The notes beneath the pieces were generated by a model, which ran no database searches, had not been told where the DNA came from, and was given only the letters and a program-made list of their open reading frames with translations. A DNA stretch of 64,000 bases, taken from positions 1-64,000 of the forward strand of contig JAUCBJ010001045.1 of assembly GCA_032718475.1 (NCBI GenBank). Direction: 5' to 3'. Shown piece by piece: positions 12,511 through 23,850 of the stretch; the stretch's first letter is position 1; each line of letters opens with the position of its first letter. The position numbers and the translations under genes are program-made. Source of the DNA: Nemertoderma westbladi. Taxonomy: Eukaryota > Animalia > Xenacoelomorpha.

Positions 12511-12844
12511 CGGGAGAGCGCTTCCAGACTGCGGTCCATCAGCGGACCCAGCTGGGACGGGATCGCCACCGCTACGCAGCGGAGCGCCCACGCGGCTGCG
12601 AGTCGCGCCGCGGGCGAGGGGTGCAGCAGCACGGCGCAGATCGCGTTGGTCTCGCCCACCAGCGGGAGGGCCACGGTGCCCAGCCGTTGGTACAGCGCGC
12701 CCAGCTGCTGCAGGGCGCAGACCAGTAGATGCGGGTTCCCTGTTGTCTCCCCGCTGATCGCTTCCGGTTGGCTCTCGTCCGCCAAACAGTTCATGTGTTT
12801 GCAGATAATAGCAGCGAGTTGTTTGATAGCGACGCCCTGAGCGC
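12511..12844 (-). CDS. HEATR5B: HEATR5 exon 2
   Basis: Acceptor ttttag| at 12844 and donor |gtactg after 12511. Encodes AQGVAIKQL...HLLVCALQQLG...VLLHPSPAARLAAAWALRCVAVA. Confidence 0.93.
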
Positions 12845-13153
12845 CTAAAACAACAACAACAAGGTCGTGTAGATGAAGAAATATAGGAATTAGTTGAACA
12901 GAAAGTAAGATCAACTTTATTAACTACCTATATAAATACTTGTGCGCGGCGCGGTACTGAATACAGTGTGATATGATGATCGATGTGGTTTGTTACACGG
13001 ACGAACGTATTGAGTGAAATAAGAAATACAGGATTAGAACACTGTAAAGTACTTAGGAACAAGTATGTATGGAGTTTCATTTTAAAACTGTATACAACAA
13101 TACGAAGCTGGTTTAGAATTTTCATTTTTTTTGTGAGGCAAAAAGTGTTCAAT

Positions 13154-15313
13154 CATGGAATACTAAATATACACGGAAGGACAAAAATGTATCATACCCC
13201 TGGAGGCTGGTGTTTAAAATTAATAAAAAAAATTTCAAAATTTTATTTTCTAAAAATTTTTTTTACAATATTTTTTTTTTCTTTTTATTGATTTTAAACA
13301 CGTTTTAGAACGATGCCATGCGTTTTAAATAGAATCCAGATTTTTTTTTTTTTAATGTTCTAGAACAAAACATATTTGTTCAAGAACATATTTTTTTATA
13401 AAAATGAATAGCTAACTAACCCTAACATGTTCTGGAACATTTTCTATACAAATAGTAATAAGAACTAGCTACTATAAAATATTTATAGAAGGATGTAGGA
13501 TGTCGGAACCAGTGTCAAAAATACTAGCTAAACCTACCTAAAACACTAGCTACCATATAATTTAGTATCTTGCTTAACGAGGAGACTTATATTCAGTCAA
13601 AACTCAAATTAAAGAATTATATCAAAATATCAAATGAAATTCACTTCCGCCTCAAGAAACTGGGACATCATGAGGCATTTTTCCTCCTGAAGAACTGCAT
13701 GGCACTGCCTAAATTCACGTATATACTGCGTAGTTCACCCATCTTCCATCGCCCTGACCTCCTAGATCAGCTTGACTCTGAACTAAAAAATACACTAGAG
13801 GAAATCATCAACGTAAAAATGTCTCCAGACTCTTGGGATCAGGCAACCCTCCCCTGCCGGTTAGGAGGGTTAGAAGTGCCACTTGTATCCCACACTGCAC
13901 CAGCCGCATTCCTTGCATCACTAAACAGGAATAGGAACCTGATAGCAAAGATTATTGAGCCAGTCTCCACATTGCCATTCTATGTAGAGGTATTATCTTC
14001 TTGGAAAAGCCTTCTATCTGTTCCCTCACTTCCTGAAGAACCATACAGTTAGCGGAATTGGATGGAGCCCATCGTGCAACATCGAGTTGGAAACATCTTC
14101 CAGCGATCTGACCTTACCTCTCTTTCTCGCCTTAAAGGGTGCAAGGCACCAGGATCTGGCGATTGGCTGAATGCTTTGCCATCTGCTACACTTGGCCTAA
14201 GGTTAGCAGATGATGATTTTGGTATGGCTGTGGGTCTTCGTCTTGGCGCACCGGTTTGTTCATCACACCCCTGTGTGTGTGGCGCCATAGTTGATCCATC
14301 AGCCCTCCACGCACTAACATGCAAGCACACCAAAAACCGTCACCCCCGCCAGAGACTAGATAATAATGCCATTCACCGTGCTCTTTTCAGCTGAAGTACC
14401 ATCCTCCCTGGAACCTATTGGATTGTGCCGAAATGATGGTGCGACCTTACTCCCATGGTCCAGGGACCCCCCCCCCCCCCCCCCCCCCCCCTAGTATGGG
14501 ATTTCACCTGTACTCACCGACTTGCCCATCTTACCAGGCCATAGCATCTAGCGACGGTTCATCTGTTGCCAATATAGCAGAGGACCGAAAGAAAGGGAAG
14601 TACAGTGACCTGTCTCCGAACTATATAGTACAGCCTGTTGCAGTCGAGACCTTGGGTGGCGTTTTGGTACTAGCACCATGGACTTCCTCCGCCAACTTGG
14701 CCGGCGTGTAGAGAAGGTTAGCGGGAATGAGAGGACAACTGAACACCTGCGTCAATGCATTGGGGTCTGTGTGCAAGCAGGTAATGCTGCCTGTATCAAG
14801 GAATCGTTTGGATCAGGCGTTGGCAACTGAATCCAGTGAATATATTAAGAATAACGAAGATGACGATTCATTAAACAAAATCAAATATGAAATGGAAAGT
14901 GATCCGCATAATATATTTTAAAGACTTTTCTGTAGTTATTACATATCTGATATCTATAATCTATTCACATTACAATCAATTTAATTTTTGTTGATTAAAT
15001 TTATTTTAAGTTTGTTAACATAAAATTGATTCGTTATATCATAAACTATATTTATAAATATCAAATTGTTGTAAAAAAAACTGGTCTCTTTTTGAATGGC
15101 CTCAAAATGCAGCTTATTAGGCCGTGTATCTATAGTAGGCCATGGGAGCGTTATATAAAATGCTATATATATCTCAAAAACGGCACGACAGATTTTGAAA
15201 AAAATTTAGCAGCGGTTTTCTGTCATCCATATCTATCGTTTTATAAAATAACAAGATTGCCTCCAGGGGTCGTATGATACATTTGTCCTTCCGTATATAT
15301 TTAGTATTACATG
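13154..15313. mobile_element. Non-autonomous P-superfamily-like DNA transposon (7-bp TSD) in HEATR5 intron 1
   Basis: ~53-bp TIR CATG(G/T)AATACTAAATATA.ACGGAAGGACAAA..TGTATCATAC..CCCTGGAGGC at both ends. GTTCAAT is duplicated at 13147-13153 and 15314-15320. Confidence 0.75.
13570..14830 (+). pseudogene. Decayed 3' part of a CRE-like (RLE endonuclease) non-LTR retrotransposon
   Basis: Frameshifted ORFs with LPKFTYILR, QATLPCRLGGL, GDWLNALPS..LGLRL, C.CG...D..A.HAL.C zinc finger, PW...LVWDFTC and PVAVETLG, all typical of CRE-clade ORFs. Confidence 0.8.
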
Positions 15314-15698
15314 GTTCAATTGTCGGTGGAATTGAATTTTCTTTTATAAATCAGTAAAAAAATACATCAATACACTAATCGATGTGAAATGTTTCCAATA
15401 ATAAAAAACAAATTTAATGATTATTTCTAAAGAATTAGCTGATGTAAAAACTCGAAACATTATAATTATAAGCAAAAGTAGAAGTAGTTGGTTGATATTT
15501 TACTAGGGTACTGGCTCAGATAGAGTGAAAAATTTATAGTAAAAACTTTAAATAGTTTTTATCCTCAGAACTCCTATTATGAAATTTTATGCTTTATATA
15601 TCATATTAAAGGTCTTGATAAACTTTATAACATTATTTAAAATTTGGTTTCAATGGATTGCAAAGAATTACGATTTGCATTATAAAATTAGCACTTAT

Positions 15699-16181
15699 AG
15701 TAGACCTTGGTGTAGACCTTGGTGTAGACCTTGGTGTAGACCTTCGTGTAGACCTTGGAGTAGACCTTGGTGTAGACCTTGGTGTAGACCTTGGTGTAGA
15801 CCTTCGTGTAGACCTTGGAGTAGACCTTGGTGTAGACCTTGGTGTAGACCTTGGAGTAGACCTTGGTGTAGACCTTGGTGTAGACCTTGGTGTAGACCTT
15901 GGTGTAGACCTTGGTGTAGACCTTGGAGTAGGTAGACCTTGGTGTAGACCTTGGTGTAGACCTTGGTGTAGACCTTGGTGTAGACCTTGGAGTAGACCTT
16001 GGTGTAGACCTTGGTGTAGACCTTGGTGTAGACCTTGGTGTAGACCTTGGTGTAGACCTTGGTGTAGACCTTGGTGTAGACCTTGGTGTAGACCTTGGTG
16101 TAGACCTTGGTGTAGACCTTGGTGTAGACCTTGGTGTAGACCTTGGTGTAGACCTTGGTGTAGACCTTGGTGTAGACCTTG
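15699..16181. repeat. 12-bp tandem repeat (TAGACCTTGGTG)n, ~40 copies
   Basis: Directly visible. Dispersed TGTAGACCTTG copies at ~16298, 16450 and 16471, and an inverted copy at ~16502. Confidence 0.95.
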
Positions 16182-16783
16182 AGTGTAACATTTTTTTTTA
16201 TGGCAAGTTTGCAGTATAACCTTCTCAACTCCTTAAACTCATTTACAGTTAATTGGGAAGTGTCCATTGACGACTATCCTCGGACTAGGTATAAAAATGT
16301 AGACCTTGAACGAGTATTTCAACTGCTAATTATAATTAAACAATGATAGTGAATATATTAATATATTGAAACATTTGTCACGGGCTTCCAAAATAAAACA
16401 ATAAAGATATATAAAACTATAATGTGTATACCAATTTACATTGAGTAAATGTAGACCTTGGATTAAGTTTGTAGACCTTGAATAAATTCAATTTTAATCA
16501 TTCAAGGTCTACATTACTTTATTGAAATCAGCTCGCAGATGCGGTTCGAATACTTGGGAGTTTACAACAAATTTAAAAATGATATTTCTGTTACATTATT
16601 TTTCACTGTTTCGGAGCCAGCACCCTAGAGAGGGACCTCCAAACTATATATCATGACAATTATTCAAACTATAATTTTTTCTGGCACCCTTCGCCTTTAG
16701 ATGTATCGTGAATAATGCCATAATGGGGAAAAATAAAATAATAGACGAAATATAAAATAAATGCTAATTATTATTAGACGCAC

Positions 16784-17924
16784 CTTCGGATAGGAGACTC
16801 GATAAAAGGGAATCGAGAATGAATGTGATACACCGACGCGTATAAACCGCGTCAACGTGTGTGGAGGTAGTGCGGGGATGGGAGGCGACATCGAGAACGG
16901 AGTTAAGGAACAAAGAGAGATTCCGTTCCAACCACGGCGCCCCTAGCAGTTCCACAAGCTCCACGAACGCCTCGGTAACCCCAATACGAACCTCCCGCTT
17001 CAGTTGAACGTTCCCTTTGAGGACGTCGGCTTTGAGGAAACCCAGACCGCCCTTTATGAAACCCGCGGTCAGTAGGGCCAGCCCTTCCTCCGGCCGGAGT
17101 CCCCGACTTCGAGATCCCGGGTTCGAGCCCTCCTCCGTGCGTTTACCTTTAGTAGCCGCGCCTCGAGCCGTCATCGCTGCGTGGACGAGCGCAGCGAGTA
17201 GACGGGCGACAGCTCGACGAACCTCGTAGGTCGATTCGTCCAACCCGCGGTAACAAACCGACACGGTTGAGTCCAACTCGTTGGTATAAACGAACGGCGC
17301 TTCTCCGAGCAACGCAACGATACAGCGGCAAGCGGCAACGCGCACCGGCATAGAACGATCCGTCATGTAACCCTTAGCAACCTTGAATACGTCTTTATGA
17401 GTCTGCGAGGCAGCTGACCCCAGCCCGACCACGATCTTAGAGAGACAGACCATGGTCTCGGCTCTGGTCTGCGATTCCGCACTCTTGAGAGCCCGCAGTA
17501 GATTTGCCACCGTGTCCTGGTAAGAGTTCCCCGTCATTCGACCCAGCTTCTCGTAGATCGCGCCGAGACAAGCGATGGCAGCGAGTCGACACGGCAGGTA
17601 GCTGGGAGAGTCGTCCTTGTTGCGGATAATATCGTTGCATTTGTTAATCGTTTCAAACAGTTCCATGGGATCTCCTATGCAGAAGAGCGTCGCGAGGTTG
17701 GATGCGAGTAGCGAACGTGTTGGCGGGCCGCCCTGCCGTCGAGTTATTAGTCCCGTTAGCTGACGCACCAACCGTCCTTGGCTGTCTTTGATGTCATTTT
17801 TATTGGCGGCGACGAGGATTTTGTCTAGAAATCGCAGCCATTCGTACTCGAACATTGGCTGCTTGGCGGAGGGAATTTGTTCCAGAACCTCTTCATTGAG
17901 GAGTAGACTGTGCGCCAATTCCAT
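16784..17924 (-). CDS. HEATR5B: HEATR5 exon 1 (start codon)
   Basis: MELAHSLLLNEE...EWLRFLDK...DDSPSYLP is the HEATR5 N-terminus; donor GAAG|gtgcgt. Spliced CDS is 1141+334+478+4056 = 6009 nt, 2002 aa. Confidence 0.95.
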
Positions 17925-18024
17925 TATCTGATTATCGATTAGGCCCCCTACTGGCTACTGCCCTATATCAGTACACAGTATGTCAGTATATCACAATACC
18001 CCAATACAGCAAGCCAGTAATACT

Positions 18025-19631
18025 GGTGCTTAGATCGTGGCCTTTCCAGTTAATATTATTCCACTTTGTATAAAACATGTGATGTGGTTGGAGAAAGCTG
18101 CTACTAAGCAGCAACCAATCGCGTCAATCCTGTTTAACACTGAGTCAATGAGAATGGAATATTGCTAACATGAAAGAGTTCAGGTTAACATTATTCCATA
18201 TCTCAGTATCTGTATTCACTATTCTATTAGGCTGTTAGGCCCTACACCTACCCTTGAGACTGGCCTTGTCTGTTTCATTATACAAGTTATACCGAAAGCA
18301 TTCAGGCGTCTTGCAGAAGAACAGTATGCAGTAGGTAGAGCAAAGCAAATTATTAAGAATTGAAGCAAAAGTAATTACTAATTACTGTAATCTAGTAGCC
18401 AATACCTAGGTTTTGTTAATTCAATAGGCCTACTTTAAGCCTTAAACAGTTAGAGGGGCCTTATTCTTTCTCATGGTACAGTAGTTACATGGCAGCATCA
18501 GAGCATGGGAGCATAATGAGACGATTAAAAAAGTACAGAAGTAGTGGAATGTAATTTATGCGATAATAAGTACACAACAACCTCTGTGTTATCGAGACAC
18601 AAACAAAAAATTGATAAAAGGAGAACCAACAGCGAAACTAAACCATTTCCACGTTGTCCACTGTCCAGCCTGCCAGCATTGTTCTTTTTGCTACTCGCGT
18701 TTCGGGAATGCTACAGACTGACAGACAGACCTTGGACCAATTGAATGGATAGGATGTAGCTTTTGCACGGGTTTAAACACTAGGCCGACAACCGGCAACC
18801 ACTGCCGACAACAGCAAATATGAAAATGTAACCTGAGTTCGTAACTCTCGTTTATCTGTTTATTGTTTTGGTTAGACTAACCTTCCACTGTAACCTGCTC
18901 CTTTCCCTCAATTAATAAATAACATTAATTAGCTTTAGTAATGGTTGTCGGCGTTGGCTGTCGGCGTTACGGCGTAGCATTTACACCCCGTTTGCACGAA
19001 GTGGTTGGTATCATAAAAGTTGTGTGAATAAAACGCAACACGAGATTCGGGGTGATGAACTGATATGTGAGACCTGCCAGCAGCCAGCCTGCATTTTTGC
19101 CCACATTGCATATTACTACGTGGCAAGTACTTCAATGACAGAATGAGATAGGCCTATTGTATAAGTACAGTATGTTTATTAGGCCTACTAATCCGGACTT
19201 AACTATAAATATTTCATTTACAGTTTACATCATTGTAATTAAACTAATCCACTTAAACTACAACGTTTTTTTTTCTTGCATCTGCTGATCTGTGCATATA
19301 TTATGCCTGGCTGTCTGGTATTGTACCATCAGACCATATAATATTTTATATGGCTTACTCGATGCTCGATTACCGGTACTAACTGACTAACACTAGCAGG
19401 TAGCAGCTTAATTGCTGTAATATCTGATTACTTTGGAATAATGTCAACATGAACTTTTTCATGTTAGCAATACAGCAATATTCCATACTCATTGACTCTG
19501 TGTTTAGCAGGATTAACGTGATTGGTTGCTGCTTAGTAGCAGCCCCTAGCAGGTTTCTCCAACCACATCACTTGTTTTATAGGCCTACAAAATGGAATAA
19601 TGTTAACTGGAAAAGCCACGATCTAAGCACC
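18025..19631. mobile_element. Element with ~175-200-bp inverted arms (MULE-like relic) upstream of the HEATR5 ATG
   Basis: 18025-18198 is the diverged reverse complement of 19434-19631. An internal C2H2-like relic CNLCDNKY...LSRH lies at 18550. No TSD seen. Confidence 0.55.
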
Positions 19632-20441
19632 CGTCAGCCCGTGCCAGTAATAAAATAAGCAATAGGGCCTACTGCAGTACTGCTGTACTAATCTGGCAAT
19701 ACTTACTGCAGCACTGCATACTGCTGTACTGACTTGATTCAGTACCGGTAATTCTGTAATTGAAAGTATGCCTATCTCCGATCTCACTCGCACTCTCAAG
19801 AGATAAAATTAAAATAATTAAAATTGGAATTGGGTGTCATCATTGCCCAGAACGAAACGATAGCGGGTGATCGTTTCATTCGTTTCGAGGACAAATCTCT
19901 GAATCTCTAAGTCAGGCGGTGGTGGGGGCGAGTCGCCCCGGGCGCAGGCCAGAGAGGGGCGAAAAATGAGCCGGAGCCAAGCTATTAACACTGTAGGCCT
20001 ACTGTACTGTACAGTACGTTTAAGATATAGGTCGTTTATGTGTTGAAACCCCCTTTTGTTGACCACATGAAAAGGTTATCAACTCAACTCAATATTGGAG
20101 ACAGGGGGGTGGGGAACCCCGGATGGCCAGTAAATCACCTAAGGCTGGAACAACAATTCATCTACCGTTATTTATATTTAACCCATGTCTTAAACAGTGG
20201 CGTATCCATCCAGGGGTAGTGGCGCCCCGGGGCGAGAGTTGATAACCGCCACCCCCCCCCCCCCCCCACACCCCATAATCAAGAAGCGAAAAAATTGTAT
20301 ATCCATATATACTCATCATAACATACTCAACATACTCATAACATACATATATTCATAATACACTGTGTACTATATACACCATTTCCCGTAATATAGTGTC
20401 ATTTTCTGATGACACGGACCTCCCCCCCCCCCCCCCCCCCC

Positions 20442-21614
20442 TGTAAAAGCTTTTGCGGATATACTCAGTCCCCCTCGCCCGCAAGGTACCGTTATAGGTG
20501 TTTTAACGGACATAAAAGTCATTCTTCTATATGCGTGCTTTGGCGGACATGGTAAGGCAAAAAACCCGCAATGCTCCAAATACCCTGGCACAGCTTAGCC
20601 TTGATGATTCAGATTACGACATCTAACAGCTGGTTGCTGACATGGAAACGGCCATTGGACACATGGTTCTTTGTTTAGCTTAACAGCCAATCAGAGCGAT
20701 TTTTTCTGTCGATGTGGAGATATTTGGCCGATCGTGCTAGGAGTGTTCAGTCTTACTGTTTTTCTTGATACTGTTGTGTTGTTTCTATCTAGGCCAGGAA
20801 CACCGGCTCTAGAGTCAATTCGTTTTCATACTTTAGAAGAAACATTAGTAGGCTTAAATTATAGAGCGTATAACTGTTAAATCTTATCTCACTTCAGTCT
20901 TACATTATCGGTTCAACATACATTATTATACTGCTATTTACTGTTGTGTTTTGGTTGAATATTATTTGGAGAACATCTATAAAGAACCCAAATTTCCCAA
21001 TTTTCTTGATACACTACAGGTTAGAGAGACGGGTTATATATAGCGATTGCGACTTATATTATTGTGGTTTGTAGTGAATTTAATGCTATTTGATAAGCAC
21101 TACATGAGTCCGTTGCTGTTCTCTTTATATATGATAAAATTCATTGACGGCGGCAAATTAGTGAGCAGTATTGTGTGTTACCGGTAGTGTGCCTGATTGT
21201 GACTGATAACTAAGCATTTCCTAAAGAATGCGCCTCATACGTGAATCATAAGCCTCACCGACTTACCGTTGTGATTAGTATAAGTCATATCTCTGTTTAC
21301 CTAGATAGAGCGCCACGTCCTAAAGGAACTGTTAATATTTCCCGAAAGTGAATAATATTAGTCAGAAATTATTTATTAACGATCAATCGAATAATACAGT
21401 AAGCTTACACTGCAATAATAATCTAAGCCCTCAGAATCCAGTCTCCCGGGTATATCCAGCGGGTGAATGGACGCGCACTAGGCTGGCTTCTGCTAATGTT
21501 GTGTTTATTGGTATTAAATATTTGTCAACTTCTAAAGTCTATTTATAAACCAAAAGACATAGGCCTATAAATTTTGGCAGGTTAAACTGCTAAAGGTCTT
21601 CAAAAGCGCGTACA
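20442..21614 (+). repeat. 5' LTR
   Basis: TGTAAAAGC...GCGCGTACA. By eye it differs from the 3' LTR by one substitution and 2-, 1- and 6-bp indels, which account for the 7-bp length difference. Confidence 0.93.
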
Positions 21615-23850
21615 ATAACAGTTATTGACTTTATTGCAGTAAGCAATAAAGTTGAAAGTACCGGTCGACCGGTAAACCTGAACCGGTACTTCTGTAGGTC
21701 AGTAGGCCCAACTGCCAGAACCGGTACTGCTGTAGGTCCGTAGGTCCAACTGCCAGAACCGGTACTTCTGTAGGTCCGTAGGCCCAACTGTCCTAACCGG
21801 TACTTCCAGTATAAGTACATTAGTATTATTCGATTTTGATTATTGTATACCGGTAGGTCTCGATATTAAATCGGGGACGCCTGGTTTTTATTGGGATTTT
21901 ACTTAGGTCTATTTCTGTCAGTTTTATTTCCTAGTAAGTTAATATTGAGCTGAAGACGTGTAAGTCTGCTCAGATTGTTCAGATAACTGTAGGCCGGACT
22001 GTTGTCGGATTGTTGTTGGGTTTGGAGAGATTACGGCGTGTGTAGAGTTTGTCCGATAGAGTGCCAGTTAGTAAGTTGGGGCAGCCATAGCTGTAAGGTC
22101 AATCCCCTCTTAAAGAATAAGTCGTACTACCGTGTTAGAACGCATACTAACTAACCATTTTGGAATCTGCACATACTGTAGTTTATTTAGGCTTGACAGT
22201 ATTCTGCCAGCGTTTTGGCCTGTGTTTGTTTGTGTGGTCTGTTCAGGTACAGTAATAGTTATTACTCAGATATTTTGTAGGCTGGATTGTTGTCTAGCTA
22301 TTATTAGGTCTGAAGAGATTGCTGCGTGTGTAGAGTTTGTCTGATAAAGTGCCAGTTAGTAAGTTGGGGCAGCCATAGCTGTAAGGTCAATCCCCTCTTA
22401 AAGAATAAGTCGTACTACCGTGTTAGAACGCATACTAACTAACCATTTTGGAATCTGCACATACTGTAGTTTATTTAGGCTTGGTGGTAGTCTGCCAGCG
22501 TTTGGTTTGTATTTTGTTTGAGTATTCTGTACGGGTAGCGTAATATTTATTATTCAGAGTTTATGCGATTATTCGCAACATTCATGTCCCCAAGTTTATT
22601 CCTACAGTAATTGTGCTTGTTACACATACCGTTATAGTTAAATTAACCCCGGTACTACACGGGCTGCTTGGCGTAGGAAAAGACTGGTGACTTTGTGCTT
22701 CGGTCACTCCAGCAGATGCCGTGGTTCTTTTAACTGTTCAAGTATATTTAACTACTGATTATTGTTGTACCAGTACTTGTACCTAATTTAGGGTTTAGTG
22801 TACAGTGCTTTCCGAAAGTAATTAGTGTGTAGGCAGTATATTTGTGTTGTAAAGTGGTTAATAGGCACGTTGGATCTGGTAGTCCGCGGTAATTAACTTC
22901 CAGGTAGGAACACTCCGTGATACATAACGTAGTACCTATAGCGATACGGCTATAGGTCGTCAGGCGGTGGTATTTTCCTATCTGGACAGTGCAATATATT
23001 TACTACTACTTATTATTTTCAAATACCGTAGTACCCTGTCCGTTGTAATAACCAGAAGTTCTAACCCTTTGTTAGGCTGGTTTGTAGACTTCCTGTGAAA
23101 TTACCCTAAAAATTTCGTACGTAATATTTTGTTGTGTTTAATTAGAGATTTAATCTCACCAGTATCGTAAGTAATTTGTAGTATTAAGTAACTTAGGTAA
23201 ATTAGAATTATCTGTTTTAGTGTCCAATAAATAGCACTTCACTGAGAGCGCACAGCTTCTGTGTAGTGACCCCCAGAAATAATAACATTTATTTCAAATA
23301 TTGACAAAACCCCTTTTAAACGGGTATATATATCTATTATAAATCAAATCAAACGATTTATAAATAGTAGGCCTGCCATACAACAACTAGGTCTCAATAT
23401 CAGTTGGACTACTGCTTAAATAATGGTAATAAAGTAAGTTAAAGTAACCAAGTAACCCTAAAATATTCAGAAATTCAATTATTCTAAAATAATTGACATA
23501 CCGGTATTTACCATAGGCTTATTATATTTATTTCTATAAATTTGTGCTGAAATCATACCGGTATTCTGTAATTAATTCTAGTTCATAATTATACTTATAT
23601 ATACTATAAGTGTAAGCTGTATACCGGTATTCACGATAGGCCTATTATATATTTATATATATTTGTGCTAAAATTATATACCGGTACTCTGTGACAAACC
23701 TAGTTTACAATACTTATATATACTATAAGTGTATACCGGTATTCTAATATACTGCAATAAATTAACGGTACTAGGCCAACGGTAATACTGAATTACTAGA
23801 CTTGCTTTAACTGTAACTATAGCAGTAGACATCCAACTGTATAGCTAAAC

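Noticed and set aside
15579-16267. ORFs with PWCR, VDLG, STPR and VYTK repeats
   Set aside because: Translations of a 12-bp tandem repeat inside an intron.
21570-21600. TTTTGGCAGGTT as a primer-binding site
   Set aside because: It lies inside both LTR copies and does not match a tRNA acceptor/T-arm pattern.
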